The notes under the pieces: generated by a model
The model's input: the letters and a program-made list of their open reading frames with translations, nothing else
Told to the model about the DNA's origin: nothing
Databases searched by the model: none
Program-made: the position numbers and the translations under genes
From: Ancylonema sp.
Lineage: Eukaryota
Length of the DNA: 64,000 bases
Assembly: GCA_050230475.1 (NCBI GenBank)
Contig: JBFLGF010000048.1
Coordinates: forward strand, 1-64,000
Direction of reading: 5' to 3'
Part shown: positions 52,944-64,000 of the stretch, piece after piece
How positions within the stretch are numbered: position 1 is the first letter of the stretch
Layout: every line of letters starts with the position of its first letter

Positions 52944-55820
52944 CGAGCAGTTCCTTATCGTAGATACGATAGTTTAGTTATGCAGAAGTAAATTTCCGAG
53001 AATAGAAACAAACGGGGTGCAGGTCTCCGTTAGCTGAAGGCTGAGACAAGATGCAGCCGAGGGCGAAGTCGGAGGCGTCTGGTTCGATTGTCAGGGGCTG
53101 GGTTGGCTGAAAGTGTTGCAAGATGGGAGCTGTTGTGAAGGCCTGCTGCAGAGTTTTGAAGGCTGCCTCCGCTCTAGAGACCAGGCAAATTTGGTTGTTT
53201 TGCAGGTAAGGGGGGTGAGAGGAGTAGTGAGGGCAGAGTAGTTGTTGATGAACTTTTTTTAGAAGTTAGCAAACCCCACGTAAGAATGCACTTCCTTCAT
53301 AGTTTTAGGGGTAGGCCAATCTAGTAAAGCCGAAACCTTAGCTGGATCCATGCCTATCCCCTCTTTTGAGAACAGATACCCGACGAGGTCATCTGGTCCT
53401 TGTGAAACTCACAATTTTTCCACTTTTGCATAAAGTTTGTGCTGCCGCAAGACCTCCAAAATGCTGCGCACGTGGGGGATGTGATCAGAGAGCGATTCAA
53501 AGAATACGATGACGTCATCGAGGATCCCCACCGCGATGAGGTCCAGGTACTCCCTCAGAATGTCGTTCATGAAATTCTAGAACGTGGTTGGCGCATTGGT
53601 AGGTTCCTGGGGGCACACTTGATATTCGAAGTGCCCCTCCTTGCATGTGAATGCCGTTTTCCATTCATCCCCCTCCTTGACTTTGACTTGGTGGTATGCA
53701 TTTCGGAGGTCAATCTTTGTGAAGATCTTGGCTTTGTGGAGGCGGTCCAACATTTCAGGTATGAGGGGGAAGGGTTATCGGTTTTTGCCGGTAACCTTGT
53801 TGAGCCCCCTGAAGTCCACAACCAGCCGCAGCTTGCCATCGGGCCGTGGAACGAACATGACACGAGCATCTGCAGGCGACTTGGAGGGCCGAATGAAGCC
53901 ATTGGCGAGGTACGTTTTTACATACTTCTTCGTCTCTACCAGTTTAAGGGGAAACATGGGGTAGATGGGCCCCCAAGGTGGAGCCGTGCCGGGCTGCAGG
54001 GGAATCTCCAAGTCGTATTTCTTGTGGGGAGGAAGGACGTTGGCCTAGGTCTCCGAGAAGACGTCCAGGTAGTCAGGGTATTCCTGGGGGATTTTGGCGT
54101 AGAGGGAGGGATCAGGTTGGCGGGTGGGAAGAAGGGGAGGGAAAGAAGGCAAGGAAGGAGAGGAGGGGGGGTTGGGAGAGGAGGTGGCTGCGAGGATGTG
54201 GGAGAGGGGTGGCACGGAAGGTGCAGAGAGGGAGTGCTCCTTCGGAGGTTCTTGTATTTTCTCCGGTGCAGGTTGTCTGGGAACCCTGGGTGGTTCTTGT
54301 GTGTCTCCCCAGGAGACAGAGGTTGGGGGGGGAAAGGGGAGGGGTGTGTGGGGAGGGGAGAGGCAGGTGGTAGAGCAGAAAGAGGAGGCAAAGGTGAGGG
54401 TACCCTGACTCTAGTCAATACGAGGGTTGTGGCGGGCCAGCCAAGGAAAATCCAACACCAACTGGAAATGAGCAAGGAGGGTAAGTTGAAGAGTAAGGTG
54501 TTCTGAATGGCTGGCATGAACACGAAGGTGGGCTGGGAAGTAGTGGGTAGATGGACTGCTGCCGTCAATTAACTCCACAGGGATGGGCTGAGGGTGGGGA
54601 TGTTAGGATCCACTCTCTAGCATTAATTCCGCTAGCGAGTGTTCCTAACCTCAGTCAGTTAACCATAGTCATAGATGTTCACTTTCTAGTTTTCTTCGAC
54701 TCCTATCCTTTTGTCGTCGAGTGTGTTCGCGCTTACCCTTTTGTCGTCTAGTGTGTTCGCGCTTCTCTGTCACTTAGTGACTCTCCTTTTGTACTTAAGC
54801 ATCCTCTCAAGTATGGGGCTGAGAGGGAAAAGGAGAGCGAGGGGAGTACTCCGAGAACCTGGCAGGTATGATACCCCTGGACGCAAGCTCAAAGCGTATA
54901 TTTTCTTTTAACTTTTTTGAAAATATAAAAATGAGAGGGTGATCCCCCCAGCGTGGGTTAAAGGACTGGGTGATAGTGTGAAAGGCTATAGCCAAGTCTG
55001 ACACAGAACCAGTTTGTCGGAGAGTACGCAGGTCACGTTCGCGGGACTGAAGTGTTGCAGCCCCACCGAAAAAAAGCTGTCCATGAAATCCCAGTTTGCG
55101 GGGAGTAGGTTTGTGTCCGGATGGACATGATTTAGTAGCCATTTGTCAGCAGCTCCCTCGAGTTTAGTGAGCGTAAACGTAACCCGAGTGAAGGGAGTAG
55201 GAAAGGAAGTCTGATGATTGTAGGAAAAATGAATCAATTTAAGCTTAAACCGAGCAAAATTTGTAGGATCTCCCAGAAAGGGGAGTGGTTCAGGAGTAGG
55301 CAGATCCGGGGGGTGTGGAGGTGTGGAATTTGAGATTGGTGCTGGATTCCGTGGCTGAACTCCATGGACATTAAGATTTAGAAAGATATCACCAGAATCA
55401 GCCATAACTATGACTTTGGAAGTGTAATGAAATGCTGAAATTTAAAAACTGAATTTTTTTCTCTTATTAAAGTGTAAGGCAGCTCCTAAGCAGGAATGCT
55501 TTGCTCATAACAAGCACATTTACACACATATCAGAATTGAAGTGTAAAGGAGAAATTATGTGCAAAAGACATGAATTGATAAGAACACTTGAGAGGACAC
55601 CTCTCAAGTGCTTAAGTACAAAAGAATAGTCACTAAGTGACAAAGAAACGTGAACACACTAGGCGACAAAAAGGGAAGCGCGAACACACTAGACGACAAA
55701 AGGATAGGGGAGTCGGAGAAAACACTAGAAGAAAGTGAACATATTTGACTATGGGGTTAACTGACTGAGGTTAGGAACACACTCGCTAGCGGAATTAATG
55801 CTAGAGAGTGAATCCTAACA

Positions 55821-56548
55821 CGCAACGTGGCCCCTCCCCCTCCCCTCCATGTGGATGGTCTTCCAAAATTCGAGGTGCACAAGATTCTGGACTCCAAGTT
55901 CCGCCGGCGCAAGCTACAACACTTCGTCGATTGGGTTGGTTACCCTATTTCGGAGCGCTCGTGGGAGCCTGCAATTAACTTGTTAAATGCTCAGCTTGCT
56001 ATAGATGCCTTCCATTTAGGAGTTTCCTCTAACTCGTCCTCCTGTAATTTCCAATTAACGGAGGGATACTGTTAGGACCACACTAGTGTGTGTCCCTAAC
56101 TAGAGTGTGTAGTCCGCTAGTCCGCCCGACCTGGTGGGTGACCATTTAGTTTCGCTTAACTTTCGTTTCGCTTAGCTTTCAAGTTTCGCACACTTAGTCA
56201 TCATTACTACCCCGACGTTGTTTACCCCGACGTTGTTTCCGTTAACGTATTCGTTATTAGTTACCGTTTTATCATTCGAGTTCCCTTCGTCCCTAGTTCA
56301 CCACTAGTACTTATACACGATAAGAACGTCTATTCTCTCGTTCTTATCAACTCATGTAATTTGTGTTATTTAAGTGTTTTTCTTCCTATTCTTTGCCGTC
56401 ACTCGTCCCTCGTTCCTTTTCCATTCATTTCCCTCTCTCCATTTAATCCTCTCCTTCTATTTCCTTCTTTCCATTCCAATCTTTCCTTTAATTCCTTTCT
56501 TCTCATTCCTTTCTCAATTCCATCTATCCGCACTAAGTCCTCCTTACA
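55821..56548 (+). mobile_element. Chromovirus family B 3' end: chromodomain, PPT, 3' LTR 56070-56548
   Basis: FEVHKILDSKFRRRKLQHFVDWVGYPISERSWEP; PPT ACGGAGGGA; LTR matches 21585-22023. Confidence 0.9.
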
Positions 56549-56579
56549 GTAGGGTGACCGAAAAGAGTGGAGCCTAACA

Positions 56580-59500
56580 TAAAATGGAAACGGAAATGAT
56601 GTATAATGAGGGGGTGAACTACATGAGTTGATAGGAGCAACTGTAAGGTTGCTCCTATCGAGTATCTATATTATAAATGAAGGTGAACACTAGAAACACA
56701 ATATGGGATAACTAAACTCGATATAAAGATAGCTAACTCGATAAAACATTAGCTAAGCGCCCAAGGGGAAACGTCACTCTAAGTGCACACTCGACATAAG
56801 ATTAATTGAACTCAAGAGTACTTTAGTGCGAGTTAGGCACACTCGTGGGACCACTAGTGACTAAACAGAGTGGGGCCTAACAGGACCCCCCCATCAAGAA
56901 GAGACCACATGTAGACGGGGACGAGATGGATATTTTTTTGTAAAAATTCTGGATGGCGTCGGTTGCATTTGTCAAGACAACAGCCGGCTCCCACGAACGG
57001 TCAAAAACGTAGTAGCCGACCCAATCCACATAGTACTGCAACTAGCGGCGCCGACTTCGGGAATCAAGGACAGAATTGACTTCAAATTCCTCCACACCGT
57101 TCACTTGGAGTGCTAGAGGAGGGGCCACGATGCGGCCAAGGAAAGGATTTTCCACGTGGGGCTCCAAGAGGTTGACATGGAATACGGGATGGATTTTAAT
57201 GGCAGAGGGCAAGGCGAGGCGAAACTTCGATGATCCAATCTGCTCCAGGATCGCAAACGGGCCAAGGCGACGGACATCCAGCTTGCTGGAGGGACGAGTC
57301 ATGTGGACGTGGCGACGCAGTAGCCACACTTTTTGGCCCACCACCAGATATAGGGCCGCACGGCGACGCTGATTCGCCGAGCGTTCCATGGCCTTCCTTG
57401 ATTTTTTGAGCTCCTGCTGCAAAATATCTTGAAACCTCTTGGAGTTGATGGACATAGCAGTCGGGTGGAACCCGGGGAAGGAGGCAGGAGGGACATTCGG
57501 GGATGGAAGCCATAGTTGGCAAAAAACGGGGTGAGGGAAGTCGCAGAATGTTTCGAATTATTGTATGAAAATTCTGCTAGTGGCAGGAGGCTGGCCCAAT
57601 CGGTCTGCTGGTAGTCCGTGTAGATTCGCAGGTACTGTTCCAGCACGGAATTCATTCGCTCCGTTTGGCCATCCGTCTGGGGATGGAAGGCAGAAGAGCG
57701 GTTGGTCCGTATGCCACAGAGCTCTAGCAACCTTCGCCAAAAATTGGATGTGAACACTGGATCGCGATCACTGACCAGCGTTTCTGGAAGGCCGTGAACT
57801 CTGATTACGTGCTATAGAAACAGAGTTGCGACATCCGGAGCCGCCATGGATTTTGTGGTAGGGATGAAGAGCGCTTGCTTAGTGAGGCGATCGACTACCA
57901 CCAAAATTGCGTCATGATAGTGGCTAGGAGGGAGGTCCGTAATCCAATCCAGGGCTTGGTAGGGATAGGTAGAAACGAGAGAAGCCCATAGGGCGCATGC
58001 CGGACCACTTTGTTGCGGGCGCAAGAGTCGCAGCTGCGCACGTAAGTGTCGACAGCTCTGGCCATCCTTGGCCTAACGTAGTACTGAGCCACTAACGCCT
58101 GAGTTCTAGCCACCCCGTAGTGTCTCGCTAACAGGGAAGGGGGGTGGGAAGGAGGGGGAAAGTGGTGGCTGTTAGGGTGTGGGATAGGGGTGGCACAAAA
58201 GGAGCGTGTGGGGGGTGCTCCTTCGGAGGTTCTTGTGTTTGCTCCGGTGCAAGTTGTCAAGGAACCCTGGGTGGTTCTTGTGTGTTTACCCAGGAGACAG
58301 AGGTTGGGGGGGAGGAGGGGGGGGGTGATTGGGGGGGGGAGAGGAAGGTAGAGGAACAGAGCGGGGAGGCGAAGGTGAGGGTGCCATGCTCCCAATCTAT
58401 GCGGGGGTTGTGCCGTGCCAGCCAAGAAAACCCCAGGACCACTTGGAAATAGGCTAGCCTCGTGACCTAGAAAGTAAGGGTTTCCATATGGGTGGCATGG
58501 ATGCGCAACCGGGTAGGGAAGCAGTGGGTGATTGGTCCAGTGGAGGGACTGCTGCCATCGATTAGCTCCAGTGGGATGGGGTGGAGGTGGGGGATGGGGT
58601 GCAGGTGATGGGAGACAAGGATGGAGGGATCCAAGAACGAATCGGAGGCCCCCGAGTCGACCAGGCCTGCACAGATATAGGTGGGTGGGTTTGGGACGAG
58701 GATGTGTACTAGAAGGGCGAGGTGGCAGGGGTGGGGATAAGAAAGAGGATGGGGAAGGGGAAAAATACCGCCGAGCCAGACCCCTACAGGGTGGGGAAGT
58801 CATTTTTTGGAAGGGCTGGGAAAAAGGGGGTGTGAGGGGAGGGAACAAGTGTCCACGGCCCTGGGTAGGACCCCTAGGAGGGAAGGGAGAGACCTGTGGG
58901 CAAGAGCTGGTAGCTCGCAAGGACGATCTAGGAGTTGGGAATGAGATGATAACCCGAGGGGGGGGTCGGGGGACTTGGTGGCAGGTGAGTGGCTCTGGCT
59001 TGCACGTGACGGTGGTTGGGGCACGTGGCAAGAATGTGACCAGCCTGACCACATTACGCGCAGAGCCCAGCCTGGAACCAACGGCGTCGTTCCTCGAGGG
59101 AGAGTGACCCACGAGGCCCGCGAGTACCGTCCAGATCCATGGGGACATGCTGGTTTGGGAAAGGGGGAGGGAGGAGTTGGAGTTGGGCACGTGGTTGGGG
59201 TGGGGAAGGGGGCTGGTGAGGATGTGGGGCAAGGGAGATGGGCGGATGGGAGAAGGGGGGGCGAGGAGGGTGGGGTTTTTTCTGATTTGCAGCCGTGCTT
59301 GATTGTGCTCGATGGAGATGGCGGCGGCAACGTAAGCTTGGAATGTGGTAGGGACATTCCCCCTTGCTATTAACTCATAACGGATAGGGCTATTATTTAT
59401 CCGAGAAAAAGAAGATGAGTGGATGGTTTGGCTAGAGATCTGGAAATGTATTGGTGATGTTTTGGAAAGCCACCGCCAGATTTGACACGGAGCTGGTTTG

Positions 59501-60453
59501 ACGCAGATTTTTGTAGTCGCGTTCCGTGGAGTGGGTTGTAATTCCCCCCCCCAAAAATTGCTTCAAGGGTTGCCATAAATGTCGTCAAGTCCCAAGATGA
59601 GGGAAGATGGAGAGTGGAGGAATCAACCTAGGAGTTGTACCACATTGGAGCCTGGCCTTCCATTAGATTTACAGTGTAAAGGAGTTGCTTAGAGGCTGTA
59701 TCATAGAGGCCAGGACTACCGCTGAAAAAAATGTGGAGTTTATTTTGAAATCATGTAGGGCTATAGCAGCCCCATTAAATGGAGCACGAGGCGGATTGTG
59801 TAGGTCACCACCTGTAGGATTTCCAAGAGCATAGTAATGGATTGGCTGTCTTTGATTGTCACTAAGTACCCGAACTTCCTCCACCAGCCTTTGATTATCC
59901 GATTGTAACTGTGTGAGAAAATATTCAAGATTGCCCACCCTATCTCGCTGAAACTGCTGGTCTGGATTTTTTGGCATTTGATTATCAAGTTGTGCCATGA
60001 ATGGAGGGGAATGAAAATGGAAAATAAAGAAAGCCAAAGGCGAGTTTCCAAAAAATAAAACCCTTAACTTTCTCCTATCAAAGTGTTAGGGGCGACGAAA
60101 TGGAAGAGACGCACCTAGCTTATGAAGATAAGAAAGTTCACAAAAGGTCGGAAAATGGAAACGGAAATGATGTATGATGAGGGGGTGAACTACATGAGTT
60201 GATAGGAGCAACTATAAGGTTGCTCCTATCGAGTATCTATACTAGAAATGGAGGCGAACACTAGAAACACAATATGGGATAACTAAACTCGATATAAAGA
60301 TAGCTAACTCGATATAACAATAGCTAAGCGCCCAAGGGGAAACGTCACTCTAAGTGTACACTAGATATAAGAACAATTGAACTCAAGAGAACAACTAAAC
60401 TCAAGAGTACTTTAGTGCGAGTTAGGCACACTCGTGGGAACACTAGTGACTAA
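56580..60453 (-). mobile_element. Chromovirus family C element lacking RT/RNase H (deletion at ~58135); 5' LTR 60084-60453, 3' LTR 56580-56882
   Basis: PBS CTTTGATAGGAG, gag and protease remnants joined to integrase ([23 protein letters not shown]) and chromodomain, PPT GATGGGGGGGTCC. Confidence 0.88.
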
Positions 60454-61690
60454 GGAGTATCGGAAGTAATATTATTTTCCAAAAGCCTGCTACCTGCTCC
60501 AAACATGCTTGCCATATGTGTTCTATTTTTCTTGAGGTACGCGTTGCATTGTGTAAAAGTATAGGTGGTGGTACCCAAAAGCTGCAGACTTGTAATATGA
60601 GGATCATGCATGTAAAGTTTGCTATAGTTGTATGTCTCTAGCATATGCAGCAAAATAAAATGAGCATCAAAAAGAGTGGCAGAACCAAACCCAGAATTAT
60701 TATACGTCATATTCACATGCTCGCCACCAACTTGCTACACGCCTCTCTTATATGATATGCTTTTAATATCCCTGTTGCCTAGAGAAATATAATTATCATC
60801 CAATCGAATAAGATCAAACACATCATCGTAAGTGCTTTTTCACTCGTAAATCACTCTCTTGTTGTGATTGCATGCAGATCAACAGCGACGGCGATGAATA
60901 TCGCCCCTTCCCCTAAAACTTGCCTTATTCTTGTATCTTGGACACTCATGGATACGTATACCGCATATGGAAACGACAAGATATTGTGAAAATGAAACAA
61001 CTTGAAGATAATGAAGACAAATCATGAAAACATGCAACACGTGCCGTTGCCAAGAACACAAACAGTCAATTTCGTACATTAAGCTAATATCCGTATACAC
61101 GTATCAATTGAATATGCGTACGCACGTACGCATGAATATGTGCGCGTATCTTTTTTTTTTTTGGTAAATTGCATAGATGTATACGCCAAAAACGCGAAGC
61201 AAATATGATATACTCAATGTATAACGGAGTAACAACAGCCCAAAACATGAAACATATGTTGTGTAAGGCACCACCTAAGCAGGTGTGCTATGATTAGAAA
61301 GATGCACATTCACACACTTAATGAAACACTCAAGAAAATAATCATGAATATTGAAAGGGTGAAAGTACATGAATTGGTAGAAGCACTTGAGAGGGCGTCT
61401 CTCAAGTGCTTATATACGAAGTGTCAACATTTAGCTAGAGGACAGAAGGGGAGTGAACATCTCAATCTAAGGGGGAAACATAGCTAAGGGCGGAATATGG
61501 TTTCTAAGGGTAGATCGACTCTAAGGTCTATCTAAGGTTAGGAACACTCTCTAGGAGAAATCTAATGACAATAGAAGTGGATCCTTAGCAGGATATCCCG
61601 TCAAAAGGAGACCACGTGTCAACGAGGTTTGGCTGGATTTTTTTTGTGAAAGGCATCCACTGCCTTTGTGGCATTGCGCAGTGCATCTGC

Positions 61691-62164
61691 TGTAGAGTAA
61701 GGCAATCAATAATAGCCTTAAAACTAAGGTTTGAACAATTTAGGTTACATTTTGTTATAAGAGAAGTTATACAAGAGAAGTTATTTAGTTCGTTATAAAG
61801 CGAACAGAGATTCAGGTGTTCGTTATAGTGAATTTCGGTCAAGTTTGACCGACCGGGCGCATATTTGGTTTAACAGACATTGACTTTTATGAAAAGAGAC
61901 GTGTTTGACCACGGCGGTTGAACGTGACAGTTGAACGTTTTGGGCGTGTGTGGGCGCGTATGTCAGTGTGCCGTCAATAGTTGTCAACAGAGCTTTTACA
62001 AGTTGATACTTGTATGCGGCCGCACATGATTAAAAGATAATTCATTCTGTGCACGTCGTTGTTATCGTGTATCATTTTGTGAATGTTTTCTTGTCAGCAG
62101 TAATTCAGAGAAGAATATATCAGTCCAGATGGCTGAATATGCTGAATATTCTACAATTGGTATC
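61691..62164 (+). repeat. Copia family E LTR (61691-62155) plus PBS remnant ATTGGTATCA
   Basis: Matches 40550-41021; flanked by duplicated GCATCTGC. Confidence 0.92.
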
Positions 62165-62581
62165 AGCATCTGCCCGCTCCCACGAAGTGTCAAATGCATC
62201 GTAGCCCACCCAATCCACGAAGTACTGAAGTTTGCGGCGCCGCATTCGCGAATCAAGGAAGACTTGCACCTCGAACTCAGGGGCACCATCCACCTAGATA
62301 GGCGGTGGGATGTCCACGACACTTCTCGGGAAGGTGTTGGTCACATGTGGCTTTAGGTGACTCACCAGGAAAACATTATGGATTTTTATGGACGAGGGGA
62401 GTCCCAAGCGATAAGCCGAGGACCCAACCTGGCTACAGATATGGAAGGGTCCAAGTCTGCGGACGTCCGATTCGGATGAGGGTCGAGCTGTACTGATATG
62501 GCGCCACAACAGCCATATTTTTTGTCCGATGACAAGGGGTGGGGCTGGTCGGCGACGCCGATTGGCTGAAACCTCCATAAT

Positions 62582-62994
62582 TTTTAGGTATCACTCTCTA
62601 TAGTCACTAGTCTTCCTCTAGAGAGTGTGCCTAACTCGCTCTAGTGTGCTCTTAGCTTTAGAACATGAGTCATACCCTTAAAAATGCACTAAGCCTTAGA
62701 ATATGACTTTCCCTTTATACAGAGTTCAGTTCTTGTTACATCGAGTTAGTTTCCCCTATTGGTATATCGAGTTAGATATCGTTATGTCGAGTTCAATTAT
62801 CCCATATTGTGTTCATCTAGTGATTCCCCTCTTTTCTAGTATAGATACTCGATAGGAGCAACCTTATAGTTGCTCCTACCAACTCATGTAGTTCACCCCT
62901 TATTATCCATCATTTCCATTCCATTTTTATCCTTGTGAACATGCTTATCTTTGTAGCTAGGTGCGTCTCATCATCCATTTCGTCGCCCCTAACA
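62582..62994 (+). repeat. Solo LTR, family C-like, decayed left end
   Basis: Reverse complement of 29244-29611; ends CGCCCCTAACA; integrase continues on both sides. Confidence 0.85.
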
Positions 62995-63350
62995 ATAGCC
63001 TTCCTAGATTTTTGGAGTTTCCGCTTCAAAATATCCTGGGCCTCCCGAAGTTGACGAACATAGGAATCCGCTGCAGGGGTGGGGGGGTCTGGGGCTGGGG
63101 GTAGGAGGGTCATGCGAGGACGGAAGCCATAGTTGGCAAAAAACGGGGAGAGGGTAATGGCAAAATGTTTGGAGTTTTGAATTCTGAATTTTGCCAGTGG
63201 GAGAAGGCTGACTTAGTCGGACTGCTGGTAGTCTGTATGGATGCGGAGGTATTGTTCCAACACCGAGTTCAACCGTTCCGTCCGGCCGTCCGTCTAGGGG
63301 TGGAATGTCGTGGAACGGTTGGCCCGAATGGCACACAGCTCCAACAACCG

Positions 63351-64000
63351 CCGCTCCAACAGGTCAGGCATGTTGGGGTCAATATCCTCCCCCTTAGCGT
63401 CCTCCAAGTTCCCCATCCCATCCACCGATAGGCCTAGATTGGGTGGCCCACCCCCTCCAGGCGGCTGGCCTCCACCCGGGGCGGCTGGGGGTTCCCCCCC
63501 ACCCACCCCATCGGCTAGGGCATCCCCATCCCCTTGTGCATCCGAAAAGATGACCACCTCTATGTCTGCCGGGTCCTCCACTCCCAGCCCACCTCTCCAC
63601 CATACCTTCCCCACCGACTCATTAAACTCCGCTCCCCCCACGTTGGCCTCCTTCTTGGCCTTGAGGGGGTTCCACACCTTGTAGGAAGGGTTGTTCTCAG
63701 CATACCCCACCAGCTCTCCCACATACCGCACTAGAACTAGATTGCCCCCCTTCTCCATTTTGTCGATGAGATAGTACACCTTGCACCCATAGGCCCGGAG
63801 GTGGGAGATGCTGGGCTTCACCCCACTCCACATCTCTTGTCGTGTCGATGGAAGGTCCCTCACCGGACCTCGGTTGCAAAGGTAGATAGCAGTTAGAAAT
63901 ACCTCTCCCCAACTTCCTCCTCCAAGTCTTGTAGACTGCATCATCGATCTCGCCATCTCCTGCAGGGTGCGGTTCATTCGCTCAACTACTCCATTGGCTT
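63351..64000 (-). mobile_element. Copia integrase and linker fragment, same family as 97-3497, running off the window
   Basis: MNRTLQEMARSMMQST, WSGVKPSISHLRAYGCKV, SYKVWNPLK. Confidence 0.92.

Larger units (their letters stand above)
47711..55820 (-). mobile_element. Composite chromovirus family A element: 3' LTR 47711-48014, chromo-integrase, RNase H (interrupted 49747-52943), RT, protease, gag, 5' LTR 55473-55820
   Basis: All pol motifs in gypsy order; flanks CGTGG and CGCAA do not match, so probably recombinant; inverted LTR-A piece at 54601-54811. Confidence 0.88.
61262..63350 (-). mobile_element. Chromovirus (A-related) 3' end: LTR 61262-61590, chromo-integrase with two nested LTR insertions
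   Basis: LTR starts [30 protein letters not shown] and RSTTFHP motifs. Confidence 0.85.

Noticed and set aside
53439..54506. 355-aa plus-strand ORF and similar long Pro/Gly-rich ORFs (141-890, 57895-59232, 58532-59107)
   Set aside because: Antisense or off-frame shadows of GC-rich retrotransposon pol
55821..55830. CGTGG near the 5' LTR as the TSD of the 47711-55820 element
   Set aside because: Offset by 5 bp and part of the family B integrase frame (RNVAPPP); coincidental

Overview
Eukaryotic, plant-like genomic window, most plausibly from a streptophyte alga (inferred from the spliceosomal introns, plant-type RPN1 and SF3B2, and the retroelement types). Two multi-exon housekeeping genes lie on the minus strand: 26S proteasome subunit RPN1 (7052-12851, 19 exons, 891 aa) and splicing factor SF3B2/SAP145 (32660-35382). 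They are islands in nested, decayed LTR retrotransposons: several Ty1/copia families, at least four chromovirus-type Ty3/gypsy LTR families (labelled A-D here), and a separate gypsy lineage. Fragments of that lineage carry a Dnmt3-like cytosine methyltransferase upstream of RT and a PHD finger after integrase. Other notable structure: tRNA-independent self-priming PBSs that co-vary with their LTR partner; a non-autonomous 3.2 kb LTR element carrying an 89-bp tandem array; a duplicated composite block (16.3-20.5 kb vs 40.1-49.7 kb) that gives before/after views of two insertions and of a 32-bp hairpin; and a Tc1/mariner-type MITE upstream of SF3B2. All protein calls are by motif recognition and coordinates were counted by hand; no database search was run.
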